This document shows, piece by piece, positions 16,342-25,405 of a stretch of 64,000 nucleotides of DNA. The stretch is taken from the IMG/VR virus record IMGVR_UViG_3300046808_001241, positions 1-64,000 of that record; one strand, written 5' to 3'. Under the pieces are notes generated by a model, which did no database searches, was not told the origin of the DNA, and saw only the letters and a list, made by a program, of their open reading frames with translations. The position numbers were made by a program, and so were the translations under genes. Numbering within the stretch: the stretch's first letter is position 1; each line of letters opens with the position of its first letter.

Positions 16342-16604
16342 AAACAAAATATAAATTTGTAGAAACTACTGGATGTACAGCGTTTGATTTTAGTGCTAAT
16401 GATGAGTCTCTTTCAGAGCTTACTGACGAAGAACGAAACAAAATATTAGATTATCTTCTTTTAAAGATAAAAGAAGGAGTACAAGAACAAGCAATACTTT
16501 TAGAAAACGTTGTTCAATTGTTTCAATATGATGACTACGAACATGATCCAAACGTATGTGAACAATGTGGAGATACAGTAAGCACGACAACTTGGAATAT
16601 ATGA
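16338..16604 (+). CDS. hypothetical protein with C-terminal CxxC
   Basis: ATGA overlap; CEQCGD. Confidence 0.7.
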   Translation: MKTKYKFVETTGCTAFDFSANDESLSELTDEERNKILDYLLLKIKEGVQEQAILLENVVQLFQYDDYEHDPNVCEQCGDTVSTTTWNI

Positions 16605-16906
16605 AAACACCAACACTTGCGGAAAAAGTTATACAGTATGAAAAATTTCTTCATAAAATTAATTCTTTGGTAACAGCTTGTAATCACGAAGGAGTAAGAG
16701 AACTCGTGCAGAATGCAGATAGTTGGTCGTATTCCCATCGAGTCGGAAATGGAGAAATGTCGGATAGAAAACAACAACAACTAATTGATGTTGCGTTTAG
16801 AAAATTACTTGATACCCCAAAGGCAGATAAAGAAACCGAAGAAAGACAAAAGGCTTGGCAGGAAGTGTCAAAAGAAAAAGAAAAAGCTTTCATGAAAAAT
16901 ATATGA
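16601..16906 (+). CDS. hypothetical protein
   Basis: ATGA overlap. Confidence 0.7.
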   Translation: MKTPTLAEKVIQYEKFLHKINSLVTACNHEGVRELVQNADSWSYSHRVGNGEMSDRKQQQLIDVAFRKLLDTPKADKETEERQKAWQEVSKEKEKAFMKNI

Positions 16907-17100
16907 TTAACAAAGTGCATCAAATCAAAGCAACTCCTATAGTTTCTCCCATTATAGACGAACCAATTAACCAATCCAGAGTTGGTATTGTTAACACATA
17001 CACAAAAGGCGTTGAAGAAAATGGAGTTCTGGTGTGGTATTTGTATCTCGTTAACTATGACGAACAAGTATTCAAATATAGGTTAGACTTTTATGAATAA
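16903..17100 (+). CDS. hypothetical protein, paralog of 18985
   Basis: GVLVWYLYLVNYDEQVF identical in both. Confidence 0.75.
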   Translation: MINKVHQIKATPIVSPIIDEPINQSRVGIVNTYTKGVEENGVLVWYLYLVNYDEQVFKYRLDFYE

Positions 17101-17290
17101 TAACGAAGACAAAAACCTCGATCTACTAACATACATGTTATTTGCTGTTTTTATAACAATTATATTAGCTGCTTCTTGGGAGTCATATTTAAATTATCTA
17201 AACAGAAAACTTATTATTGAAGCAGTTAAAACCGACAGCCCTAATATGTCCGTCGAGCAAATCCAAGGACTAATCAATTCTAAAAGATGA
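17093..17290 (+). CDS. single-TM hypothetical protein
   Basis: hydrophobic N-terminal segment. Confidence 0.6.
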   Translation: MNNNEDKNLDLLTYMLFAVFITIILAASWESYLNYLNRKLIIEAVKTDSPNMSVEQIQGLINSKR

Positions 17291-17565
17291 GAGAGCTAAT
17301 TGACGAAGTTACAAAGCTAACCGAACAATGGTATAAATTAATTGGATCAGAACACCACAAGGACAGGGATTGTCATTGGTATATTGAAACCAAATGGAGT
17401 TATGGCAGCTATCCAACATATACTATTTTGCATCATGGTTACGTTCTTGATAAAATTGAAGAAAATTGGTCAACATATGATGTAGCTCTAAAAAGATTAA
17501 AAGAAATCTTAGAAGAAAAAATAAAAGAAGAAAAAGAATGGCAAGAAAAACACGATGAGTGGTAA
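17287..17565 (+). CDS. hypothetical protein
   Basis: ATGA overlap. Confidence 0.7.
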   Translation: MRELIDEVTKLTEQWYKLIGSEHHKDRDCHWYIETKWSYGSYPTYTILHHGYVLDKIEENWSTYDVALKRLKEILEEKIKEEKEWQEKHDEW

Positions 17566-17896
17566 AAACAAATTTAAATTCTTTTGTACGGCTGCTAATG
17601 GATTTATACAAGATTATAAATATAATGGATACGTCGAAGAACTATTTGACGATGCTATACTAATTCCTTGCCAATTTACTGGATTGCAAGATAAGAATGG
17701 AAAAGACGTATACGAAAATGATCTTATAGGAATCGATAAAAATGGATTTGGAGAAATTCGTACTGGCAAAATAGGGTTTAAATTTGGAGCATTTTGTGTT
17801 GAATATCTAGAACCAACCGGTACAATGAATTTTAACTTTATGCATCAACTTGGACCATTTGATGTTATTGGATGCGCTTTAGAAAAAAATGAGTAA
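17555..17896 (+). CDS. YopX-family protein
   Basis: QFTGLQDKNGKDVYENDLI. Confidence 0.8.
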   Translation: MSGKNKFKFFCTAANGFIQDYKYNGYVEELFDDAILIPCQFTGLQDKNGKDVYENDLIGIDKNGFGEIRTGKIGFKFGAFCVEYLEPTGTMNFNFMHQLGPFDVIGCALEKNE

Positions 17897-18158
17897 CGAA
17901 ACATTCACAGAACACAAATACGCAATATATCATAAGCCTACTCAAACCTGGGTACAGTTTGGAAATGATGATTTAGAATTAACAGTAACTATTATAGAAC
18001 TAGTTGATTTCAAAGATTGCTTTATTAACGGAAATAAAGATTTTATGGAAACGTTTTTAAAGAGAAGTGTCTTTAATAAAACTCCAAATTATGGTAGCGA
18101 CAATTTTTTAGAATTTGAATTCGTAATAATCAAAGCCACATATACAACAGAATTATGA
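17889..18158 (+). CDS. hypothetical protein
   Basis: overlapping packed ORF. Confidence 0.65.
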   Translation: MSNETFTEHKYAIYHKPTQTWVQFGNDDLELTVTIIELVDFKDCFINGNKDFMETFLKRSVFNKTPNYGSDNFLEFEFVIIKATYTTEL

Positions 18159-18619
18159 ATACGGAAATAGAAACACTAAAACAAGAATTCGAGGAAATTC
18201 AAACCACCTTTCTTCATAAAGAAGAAACAAAACCAGAAGAAGCATTCTATACAAAAAATGTAGAAGAATGGCTAGAATTTATAAAAGAACCCAAAGTTGA
18301 TCTTATAGGTGAATATGTTTTTGATTATGAAATTATCAAAAATGCCGAAGCATTTGCATTGGGTCCAGTATTTTGTTATAACGGAAAAACGGAAGCTTGT
18401 TCTTCCGTGGAATATGGTTCTTTGAATGATCTGAAAAACTCTTTAAAAGCAAAAAAATACTTAGTTTATTACATTCTTTGTAGAGTTGTTTCTGAACCTG
18501 TTGGTCCAATTGAATCAGAAGATTTTATTATTACCTATAAAGATAAATTTGTAAGAAAAGACAGAATTGGGAAAAATCCGAAAACAAGGTACACATTTAA
18601 AGGACATATATTAGAATGA
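18155..18619 (+). CDS. hypothetical protein
   Basis: 154 aa, ATGA overlaps. Confidence 0.7.
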   Translation: MNTEIETLKQEFEEIQTTFLHKEETKPEEAFYTKNVEEWLEFIKEPKVDLIGEYVFDYEIIKNAEAFALGPVFCYNGKTEACSSVEYGSLNDLKNSLKAKKYLVYYILCRVVSEPVGPIESEDFIITYKDKFVRKDRIGKNPKTRYTFKGHILE

Positions 18620-18951
18620 ATGATTACATACCAGACAAATGGATAGTAGTTAAGATTGAAGGGGGAGAATTTCCTTTGACCTATAAAGTATTTGCTTGCT
18701 GGTATGGTGGTTATTTGGGTTCTAATTCTTGGAAGATGAACAGCGGAATAAGAATTGCATCAGAAGGAAGAGATTCTTATTTGTTTGAAGGCTATTCTGG
18801 TTCTATATATAAGTGTTTTGAAGGAAACTACGGAACTCATATGTATGGTCATGGGGTGTTAGAGGATATTATACAGAGATCCAAAGAAGCTGGAATGAAT
18901 GTAGAAATAATGCCAGAAGATACAAATTGGCTTGACTTGTCCTACGAATAG
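18616..18951 (+). CDS. phage hypothetical protein
   Basis: WYGGYLGSNSWKMNSGI pattern familiar from large phages. Confidence 0.75.
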   Translation: MNDYIPDKWIVVKIEGGEFPLTYKVFACWYGGYLGSNSWKMNSGIRIASEGRDSYLFEGYSGSIYKCFEGNYGTHMYGHGVLEDIIQRSKEAGMNVEIMPEDTNWLDLSYE

Positions 18952-18960
18952 TTCTATATT
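18932..18960 (+). promoter_or_regulatory. early-type promoter
   Basis: TTGACTTGTCC then TATATT at 17-bp spacing. Confidence 0.7.
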
Positions 18961-18984
18961 GATTATGCGAAAGAAAACGTAGTT

Positions 18985-19185
18985 ATGATTAATAAAATAC
19001 ATCAAGTTAAAGCATCCGCTCCTATAGTTTCTCCTATTATGGATGAACCAGTTAACCAACCCAGTGTTAGTATTGTTAACACATATACCAAAAGCTTCGA
19101 AGAAGACGGTGTTCTGGTGTGGTATTTGTATCTTGTTAACTATGACGAACAGGTTTTTAGATACAGACTAGATTTTAGTTTATGA
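18985..19185 (+). CDS. hypothetical protein, paralog of 16903
   Basis: clearly homologous 66-aa sequence. Confidence 0.75.
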   Translation: MINKIHQVKASAPIVSPIMDEPVNQPSVSIVNTYTKSFEEDGVLVWYLYLVNYDEQVFRYRLDFSL

Positions 19186-19418
19186 AAAATAAAAAGACTA
19201 CACAATTACCGAATAAAGTCTATTATCCAGAAATTGACGACACATATTCTATTATTTCTTATTATGAAAAGCCAGACGATGGAAATGTAAAAAAAATTAA
19301 AATTCCAAATTGGTTAGCAGAAATGATATCATATGAAGTAGTGAACGAATCCGAAAAAGCCGTAGAAGAATTTAAGCAAGAAGTTTTTGAGATGTTCAAG
19401 CCATTACAAATGATTTAA
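19182..19418 (+). CDS. hypothetical protein
   Basis: ATGA overlap. Confidence 0.6.
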   Translation: MKNKKTTQLPNKVYYPEIDDTYSIISYYEKPDDGNVKKIKIPNWLAEMISYEVVNESEKAVEEFKQEVFEMFKPLQMI

Positions 19419-19420
19419 AT

Positions 19421-19621
19421 ATGAAAGAAAAACGATACTTTATCGAAATTGTAATTAAAGACTCTGATACTTTGGAACCAGTTCGTTCTATTTCTACAAG
19501 TTCAGATTATCCAGAGAGTGTTTTAACTTACCCACATGTAAAGTTATTGAAAGAGGTTCATGCATGTGTAGATATTCTTTGTTCAATTCATTTTGGGAAT
19601 GATAAGCAATTCAAACTTTAA
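19421..19621 (+). CDS. hypothetical protein
   Basis: packed ORF. Confidence 0.6.
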   Translation: MKEKRYFIEIVIKDSDTLEPVRSISTSSDYPESVLTYPHVKLLKEVHACVDILCSIHFGNDKQFKL

Positions 19622-19891
19622 ATGAATAAACCGAAGATTAGTTTAGGCGGAAAGAACAACCATGGACGCATGAGTGGCGCACGTTCGAGTCGTGCATCTT
19701 CGACCATTTTCAAAAAATTGCAAAAGTTGGATAGAGAAATTTCTTTTCTTAAAGCTCGTTGTAATTTGTCAAATTATTATATTTTAGGAAAAGCATTTAT
19801 AAAAAAGACAGAAGAAAGAATAGAAAAACTTGACTTGAAGAGAAAACAAGTTAGACTTGAAAGAAAGAAATATAAAAATGAAAACAAATAA
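19622..19891 (+). CDS. basic hypothetical protein
   Basis: packed ORF. Confidence 0.55.
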   Translation: MNKPKISLGGKNNHGRMSGARSSRASSTIFKKLQKLDREISFLKARCNLSNYYILGKAFIKKTEERIEKLDLKRKQVRLERKKYKNENK

Positions 19892-20057
19892 ACTAGTACT
19901 TGTAGCAGATGCAGTAGAGCGCATTTCAGACATCACTGGAACTGATGATATTGAAGCAGTCGTTAATGCCTTGATTGGCGTTGCTTGGGATGAGGAAGAG
20001 GCTTCGGAAATTAAACAATATCATTCAAACGATGAAGATTGGGATTGGGAATTATGA
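19878..20057 (+). CDS. acidic hypothetical protein
   Basis: packed ORF. Confidence 0.55.
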   Translation: MKTNKLVLVADAVERISDITGTDDIEAVVNALIGVAWDEEEASEIKQYHSNDEDWDWEL

Positions 20058-20536
20058 ATAACAGACCACTTAAATTTCGTGTTTGGGATAAACTAGCAAA
20101 ACAATTCACATATCCAGATAAAGGATATCAAGGACATTATGTTCTTTATTTGAATGGACAATTTCAAAACCTTCAGAATGGTTCTGGTGGTGATGAATAT
20201 GTTGTTCAGCAATTTACTGGACTAAAAGATTCCGAACGTAACGACATTTATGAAGGTGATTATGTTGAGTATTATAAAGATGAAAAAAACTACTTAGGCA
20301 CTGTTAGTTTTTTTGATGGAGCCTTTACGGTTATAGGAGAACATTATCACAATAATAATGAATTAACAATCTTCAAATATCAATTATATGATCTTTACAA
20401 ATACATTTATGAATATAAAGTAAAAGTAGTTGGCAACACATTTCAATCACCATGCAATCCAGATCATAATGGAGAATGTTTAGTTTGTGATTCTTGGTTG
20501 AGTGATTGTCCTTTTAATAAAAATGAACAAAAATAA
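20054..20536 (+). CDS. YopX-family protein with C-terminal Cys/His cluster
   Basis: LKFRVWDK, QQFTGLKD...IYEGDYV; C-x3-H-x3-C-x2-C-x6-C tail. Confidence 0.85.
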   Translation: MNNRPLKFRVWDKLAKQFTYPDKGYQGHYVLYLNGQFQNLQNGSGGDEYVVQQFTGLKDSERNDIYEGDYVEYYKDEKNYLGTVSFFDGAFTVIGEHYHNNNELTIFKYQLYDLYKYIYEYKVKVVGNTFQSPCNPDHNGECLVCDSWLSDCPFNKNEQK

Positions 20537-20843
20537 ATTCAGAATTTGGAGCAGAAGTGGAAAGAGTTTTCAAGACCTCGATCTATCACAAAGTCATCAG
20601 CAATTCATTGGAATCTTGGATAAAAATTTGCGAGAGATATACGAAAGAGATGTCGTAAAATTCTTTACCCTCAATGGTGAAGAACTTGGAGAAGTTTTAT
20701 ATAGTACAGACTCTTGTGCATATTATATCAATGATTACCCAATTATGAATTTAGATCTTGCTTCTTTAGAAATTGTTGGTAATATGGTTGAAGATTATAT
20801 GTGGGATGAAAGTGGAGAAAGACTGGTGAAAACAAATTTATGA
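20523..20843 (+). CDS. YopX-family protein
   Basis: KFRIW, QQFIGILDKNLREIYERDVV, LEIVGN. Confidence 0.8.
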   Translation: MNKNKFRIWSRSGKSFQDLDLSQSHQQFIGILDKNLREIYERDVVKFFTLNGEELGEVLYSTDSCAYYINDYPIMNLDLASLEIVGNMVEDYMWDESGERLVKTNL

Positions 20844-21118
20844 AATATAAAGACATCGCTACAATTAACGGTCTCTTGGATGGAATTTCTGTTCTTGAGA
20901 ATAATAAAGATGAACAACCAGCTCTGCAGACAGACGTTCTTTACAATGACAAAGAACCGTTTGATTTTGATTTGAAAGGACTGTATTATGATGAAGGATC
21001 TACGGTTTCGAATTATCGAGTAGAAGATTTTGGGGAACCTGTTACGCTCTTGAGTACAATAACTATGAAAGAAGCTTTGGTAGGAACAGACGATGCTCTT
21101 CAATGCTCTGGAAGCTAA
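20840..21118 (+). CDS. acidic hypothetical protein
   Basis: 3' end overlaps tRNA-Cys by a few nt. Confidence 0.55.
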   Translation: MKYKDIATINGLLDGISVLENNKDEQPALQTDVLYNDKEPFDFDLKGLYYDEGSTVSNYRVEDFGEPVTLLSTITMKEALVGTDDALQCSGS

Positions 21119-21176
21119 CCGGTTAGGCAAGGGTCTGCAAAACCCTTTATAGTCAGTTCGATTCTGACCCAGAGCT
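21105..21176 (+). tRNA. tRNA-Cys(GCA)
   Basis: GCTCTGG/CCAGAGC, AGGGT-CTGCAAA-ACCCT, U73 discriminator. Confidence 0.9.
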
Positions 21177-21200
21177 CACATAATAATAAGTAATTATGTT

Positions 21201-21383
21201 ATGAAAAAGTTGCTCTATAAAGAAGAAGAGTTATTGAATTCTATTGACCATTGGTGTAACGAATTGAACAAAGCTCTGTATAACTCCGAACAATATATTA
21301 ATGCTCTAACTGAGCTAAATTATTACAAATTCTTATTGCAGAAAGTAGTAAGAAAAAGAGCTAAAAAAAGAGCCAAACAGTAA
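21201..21383 (+). CDS. hypothetical protein
   Basis: 60 aa ORF. Confidence 0.55.
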   Translation: MKKLLYKEEELLNSIDHWCNELNKALYNSEQYINALTELNYYKFLLQKVVRKRAKKRAKQ

Positions 21384-21450
21384 GTTTAAAAAAGTATTAA
21401 AAGTGTTGTTGAAAGTTTGAATAAAAATATGAGAATGTTTATTCAAATTT

Positions 21451-21783
21451 ATGAAAAACGAAAAACGTCTCATTGCAAAACTAAAAAAAGAAGCTCATGA
21501 TATTTTTTGTGAAGCAATTGACTTAAGAGAACAATCATACAGTTTGGAAGAAGAAGCAAAACTTCTGCTGGATGAAGTAAAGCAAATAGAGGAGCATATT
21601 AAAGGAAGAGATTCTACTGCTTCTTGCGTTATAGCAAAAGATATTTTAAAAGCTTCGAGTGAAAAACTTGGAGGGTTTGCGTTGAAGACTTTATATGATG
21701 TCTTGGACGGCAAACGACTAGAGCAAGAACAGAAAGAACGCTTTTCTTTGTTAGCTCGAGAATATTTGCATGTAATTGTATGA
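21451..21783 (+). CDS. coiled-coil hypothetical protein
   Basis: 110 aa ORF. Confidence 0.7.
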   Translation: MKNEKRLIAKLKKEAHDIFCEAIDLREQSYSLEEEAKLLLDEVKQIEEHIKGRDSTASCVIAKDILKASSEKLGGFALKTLYDVLDGKRLEQEQKERFSLLAREYLHVIV

Positions 21784-22418
21784 TTTCTAAACAAACAAGT
21801 TTGGAAGCGCTGTACGAGCATAGTCAAACTCAATATACAGACTACCTTCTTAAAGAATGTGTTGATGGGTTTGATTGGAGTAATTTCTGGAAGTTTTATG
21901 TATTTTGCGAACAGAACTATTCTTGCTTATACGAAGCATTTGAACTTAAAAACAAAACAAAAACTACGGACGAGTACAAGGTAATTGCTACAAATGGCAT
22001 GGAGTTTGAAGTTTATGTAAATTATATGAACTCCCATCAGTTAGATGATAGAATTCTTAACGCTCTTTATTCAGACCCTAATAACAAAACAACTATTCAC
22101 AAACTTCAGAAATGTATATCTGACACTAAAGCTCCGGTGTTAAACGTAAACTTCATAGATTCGAATAAAAATACTCACGTCACAGGAAAATTAGGAAACT
22201 ATTCATTTTCTGTAATTAGCGGAATCAAGAAAGCGATTATCAATAGTATACATGCAAGAAATGATGCTGTTCCAGATGTGATGTTTTTTATAGCAAACAA
22301 AAACGAACAAAAGAAAATACAATTTTTCGTTAACGGATTTCATAATATGTTTGGCTTGAATAACGCATATATAGATTCAACATACCCTCATCATAGTTCG
22401 GTGTTTTTATTTCGTTAG
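21780..22418 (+). CDS. hypothetical protein
   Basis: 212 aa, ATGA overlap. Confidence 0.75.
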   Translation: MISKQTSLEALYEHSQTQYTDYLLKECVDGFDWSNFWKFYVFCEQNYSCLYEAFELKNKTKTTDEYKVIATNGMEFEVYVNYMNSHQLDDRILNALYSDPNNKTTIHKLQKCISDTKAPVLNVNFIDSNKNTHVTGKLGNYSFSVISGIKKAIINSIHARNDAVPDVMFFIANKNEQKKIQFFVNGFHNMFGLNNAYIDSTYPHHSSVFLFR

Positions 22419-22420
22419 TG

Positions 22421-22449
22421 TTGACTAGTCCAAAATTTTGATAGAAATT
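22421..22449 (+). promoter_or_regulatory. early-type promoter variant
   Basis: TTGACTAGTCC directly after a stop and before a lipoprotein ATG. Confidence 0.55.
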
Positions 22450-22457
22450 AATTGCAA

Positions 22458-22796
22458 ATGAAAATAACAAATATGTTACTGTTAGCTTCTGTGTCATTGA
22501 CACTAATTGGGTGCACGACTTATCCAAAGACTTATACATACAGTCCGACCGTTACCATTAACGGAGACAACAATTCGTCAACTCCTTTGGTTCTTCCGAA
22601 TCCGTTTGCTAAAACTCCTCGAGCTAAAACAGAACACAATATAAATACTACCCAACGAATTTATAGTTATCAAGAACAACCAAGTCCTCTGACTGCCCGT
22701 ATTCCTGAGCCACCTGTTTCAGCAAATTATTATCCAACTTATAATCGTGAAGAAACGTACGTATTTGTTGGTCCAGAATACCTCCAAGCTAACTGA
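22458..22796 (+). CDS. Thr/Pro/Tyr-rich lipoprotein
   Basis: LLLASVSLTLIGC lipobox. Confidence 0.75.
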   Translation: MKITNMLLLASVSLTLIGCTTYPKTYTYSPTVTINGDNNSSTPLVLPNPFAKTPRAKTEHNINTTQRIYSYQEQPSPLTARIPEPPVSANYYPTYNREETYVFVGPEYLQAN

Positions 22797-22937
22797 GTTT
22801 ATGCTTTACTTTGTAATACTTGTATGGAATATGTTCGTAATAGGAGGATGTGCATATCTGGTTTTTTGGAAGGCAGCCTCCGCTTGGTGGTTCGTTCTTG
22901 CTATGATGTTGATTTTTAGAATTGGAAAATAAAGAAA

Positions 22938-23222
22938 GTGAGAAGAATTTATACACATCCTCAAGTTCCAAAAAAATTCATTCTTAGTATCCAGTACGGA
23001 GGGCTAGTGAGTAGTCTAATAATTTTTTGGTTAGGCATAACGTTTCCCTCCCAAATTAAAGATTTGTTAAGACAAACAACAACTAAATTTTTCAACGCAC
23101 CCTTGAAACACAACAACAAATTGAATTATGGACCATATTCTGATGCTCTTGCAAGAAATTTTATTAAAAATTTAAAAATAAACGTTGATGAGTCCAAATT
23201 AACAAATGAATATAATAAATAA
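22938..23222 (+). CDS. single-TM hypothetical protein
   Basis: hydrophobic segment; GTG start. Confidence 0.5.
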   Translation: MRRIYTHPQVPKKFILSIQYGGLVSSLIIFWLGITFPSQIKDLLRQTTTKFFNAPLKHNNKLNYGPYSDALARNFIKNLKINVDESKLTNEYNK

Positions 23223-23721
23223 TATGAACGAAGAAAAAACATATCACATTGATGTAACGCCAGAAGAGGATGCCCTATTTAACTCGGACGTAAAATCGAA
23301 AAACAAAACCCATAAACAACCACTTTCTTTTACAAAAGTAGTTTGTGTAGTTGCAGCGGTTCATGCAGTAATTGGAGCAGGTGTCTTGTCTATGACAAAT
23401 TCAGCTCACGCAAAACCAAAGGACGACATTGACTTGACGCAACCAGTAGCCGAAATTCCAAAGCAATATCAAGAACCAACTCCAACTCCATCTCCAACTC
23501 CTTCTCCTACTCCAATCAAAATTACTCAAAAAATAACTTCCGTAACAACTCTTCAATCAAAGACAAACGACAAGTATATAAAAGAATATGTAGTAAAACA
23601 AGGAGACACTCTATACAGTATTTCAAAAAAATATAAACTGAATACAGAACGTCTTATTAAAATAAATAACATTAAAGACACCAACAAATTAGTTGTCGGA
23701 CAAAAACTCAAATTTTTGTAA
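23206..23721 (+). CDS. membrane-anchored LysM-domain protein
   Basis: TM, PTPTPSPTPSPTP linker, YVVKQGDTLYSISKKY...N...L.VGQKL. Confidence 0.9.
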   Translation: MNIINNMNEEKTYHIDVTPEEDALFNSDVKSKNKTHKQPLSFTKVVCVVAAVHAVIGAGVLSMTNSAHAKPKDDIDLTQPVAEIPKQYQEPTPTPSPTPSPTPIKITQKITSVTTLQSKTNDKYIKEYVVKQGDTLYSISKKYKLNTERLIKINNIKDTNKLVVGQKLKFL

Positions 23722-23724
23722 TTC

Positions 23725-24336
23725 ATGAAAAAACCAATAACATTTAAACAAGCTGGTATGATCGTAATCGTTCTGCATGTAGCTGGATTTATTGGTTTTA
23801 CTCAATATGCAAGTTATAGAGCAGCCATAGCTAAACAATTGAGAGAGTCTAAAAAGACGGAACTGTTGTCAGAAATTCGTTCACAACAAGATTGGAATAA
23901 CGTCAACATAAAGCCTAGAATTGTTGCAGTAGCGACTCCCAAAAAACCCTCTTCTCCTAGTAATAAGGAAAACCAAAAAGGGGACATGCTACGAACCGTA
24001 CAAAATTTTGCAGTACAAACAACTGACAAAATCAAACAAGAGCTGAAGGAGGTTAACGTCTCTTCAACAAACCAGCAGCAACCAGCTAGAACAAAACCGG
24101 TCACCTCTACTGTTTGGAAGGTAGAAGTAAAACAACCGTCTCCGACACCATCAATAGTTGCTTCGAAGCAACAAGCCCAAAAAAGAAAAATAGATATAGC
24201 CTCGATTAAACAAAATGTAAATAAACTTAAATCTGAAATACAAACCATCAAAACGGTCAGTTTCAGCAACGGACTTGTTACGCAAACTACGGAAGAAATT
24301 CAACAAAGGATGTCTTCTCACATAGTGCTGAGATAA
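23725..24336 (+). CDS. membrane-anchored low-complexity protein
   Basis: N-terminal TM; K/Q/P/S/T-rich. Confidence 0.7.
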   Translation: MKKPITFKQAGMIVIVLHVAGFIGFTQYASYRAAIAKQLRESKKTELLSEIRSQQDWNNVNIKPRIVAVATPKKPSSPSNKENQKGDMLRTVQNFAVQTTDKIKQELKEVNVSSTNQQQPARTKPVTSTVWKVEVKQPSPTPSIVASKQQAQKRKIDIASIKQNVNKLKSEIQTIKTVSFSNGLVTQTTEEIQQRMSSHIVLR

Positions 24337-24344
24337 TTATACTT

Positions 24345-24590
24345 GGGCTAAGCATGAAAACGAGCCGCGACCCGCTGATAAAGGGTGCTTAGTCCTAAGA
24401 CGTCGCGGGTAAACGTCTCATTTGCCAGACCCGATTAGGCAGGGAGTGATAAGTAACCTTCGTCCAGCGTGTTAAAAACACGGTAGCCAATGAAGAGCTT
24501 TCTGGTATAATTACATTTGATCTCTGCCAAAGGCAGGAATCCTACAGAGGCTTGACCGCTGAGCCAGCAATGCGAATTAGCGGTAACGAT
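24345..24590 (+). ncRNA. candidate structured RNA with 5' nested pseudoknot, unassigned
   Basis: GGCTAAGCA/TGCTTAGTC, CCGCGA/TCGCGG and CCC/GGG pairings plus downstream helices; no credible ORF. Confidence 0.5.
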
Positions 24591-24602
24591 CTTTGAAATT
24601 TT

Positions 24603-25036
24603 GGGGGTGTACTGGTTTCGACACATAGTTGAACCTAAGAGTGCATGCAGAGGTTAATCGATGGCCTCTTTAAAAATCGATTAAAAACCTAAACGCAGAA
24701 GACAACACTTCTGACCTCTTAGCTGAGGCCGAATACATCTTCAACAATGCTGACGAGTTCCTCGCCGGCGTTGAAGAGTACGAACTCGCAGCCTAAGAGC
24801 CTAATAGAGGATCCTCTAAATCTATTTTGAAACGTAGAGGAAAAGATAACAGTGTAAGCTTGTAAAAAATTACCACTGAGAAATATATGATCTTCGCATA
24901 TATAGGCAGACACAAAAAGTTAGGCCGATGAGCCACGACAGCCTTTTGTCAATCAAATGTCAAATCCATCCAAGCATGTGAAGAGCTTTTAGCATAAATT
25001 ATTTGGACAGGGGTTCGAATCCCCTCACCTCCACCA
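24603..25036 (+). ncRNA. ssrA: tmRNA
   Basis: 5' GGGGGTGTACTGGTTTCGAC, 3' GGGGTTCGAATCCCCTCACCTCCACCA with G3:U; tag ORF 24695-24796 ending YELAA*. Confidence 0.95.
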
Positions 25037-25053
25037 TAAATATATTAACTAAC

Positions 25054-25141
25054 GGACAGGTGGCAGAGTGGTCGATTGCGCTGGTCTTGAAAACCAGAGG
25101 ACCGAAAGGTTCCGTGGGTTCGAATCCTACCCTGTCCGCCA
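25054..25141 (+). tRNA. tRNA-Ser(TGA)
   Basis: GGACAGG/CCTGTCC, CTTGAAA loop, long variable arm, CCA. Confidence 0.95.
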
Positions 25142-25161
25142 CTTTCTCATTGCGAACGAAA

Positions 25162-25233
25162 GGGGGTGTGGTGCTAATGGTAACACATGGCCTTTGCAAG
25201 GCTGGGTTAAGAGTTCGATTCTCTTCACCTCCA
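25162..25233 (+). tRNA. tRNA-Ala(TGC)
   Basis: GGGGGTG/CACCTCC with G3:U70 (same stem as the tmRNA), TTTGCAA loop. Confidence 0.85.
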
Positions 25234-25405
25234 CGTTCTTACTTTTTCTTTTTATTAGCTCCTTTTTGAGATGATTTAGAACCAGCTTGCTTTGGTTTTT
25301 TCTTTTCTTTACGTTGGGAGTTGTTTCCTTTTGCCATAGTAAAATTACTTATTATTTTTTGTTAATTTTCTTGAATGTCCAAACATTTCGTGTATTATAT
25401 AAAGC

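Noticed and set aside
24345-24590. RNase P RNA or hammerhead ribozyme call for the RNA upstream of the tmRNA
   Set aside because: The RNase P GAGGAAAGUCC core and the hammerhead CUGANGA/GAAA core are absent (only CTGATAA). It is kept as unassigned.
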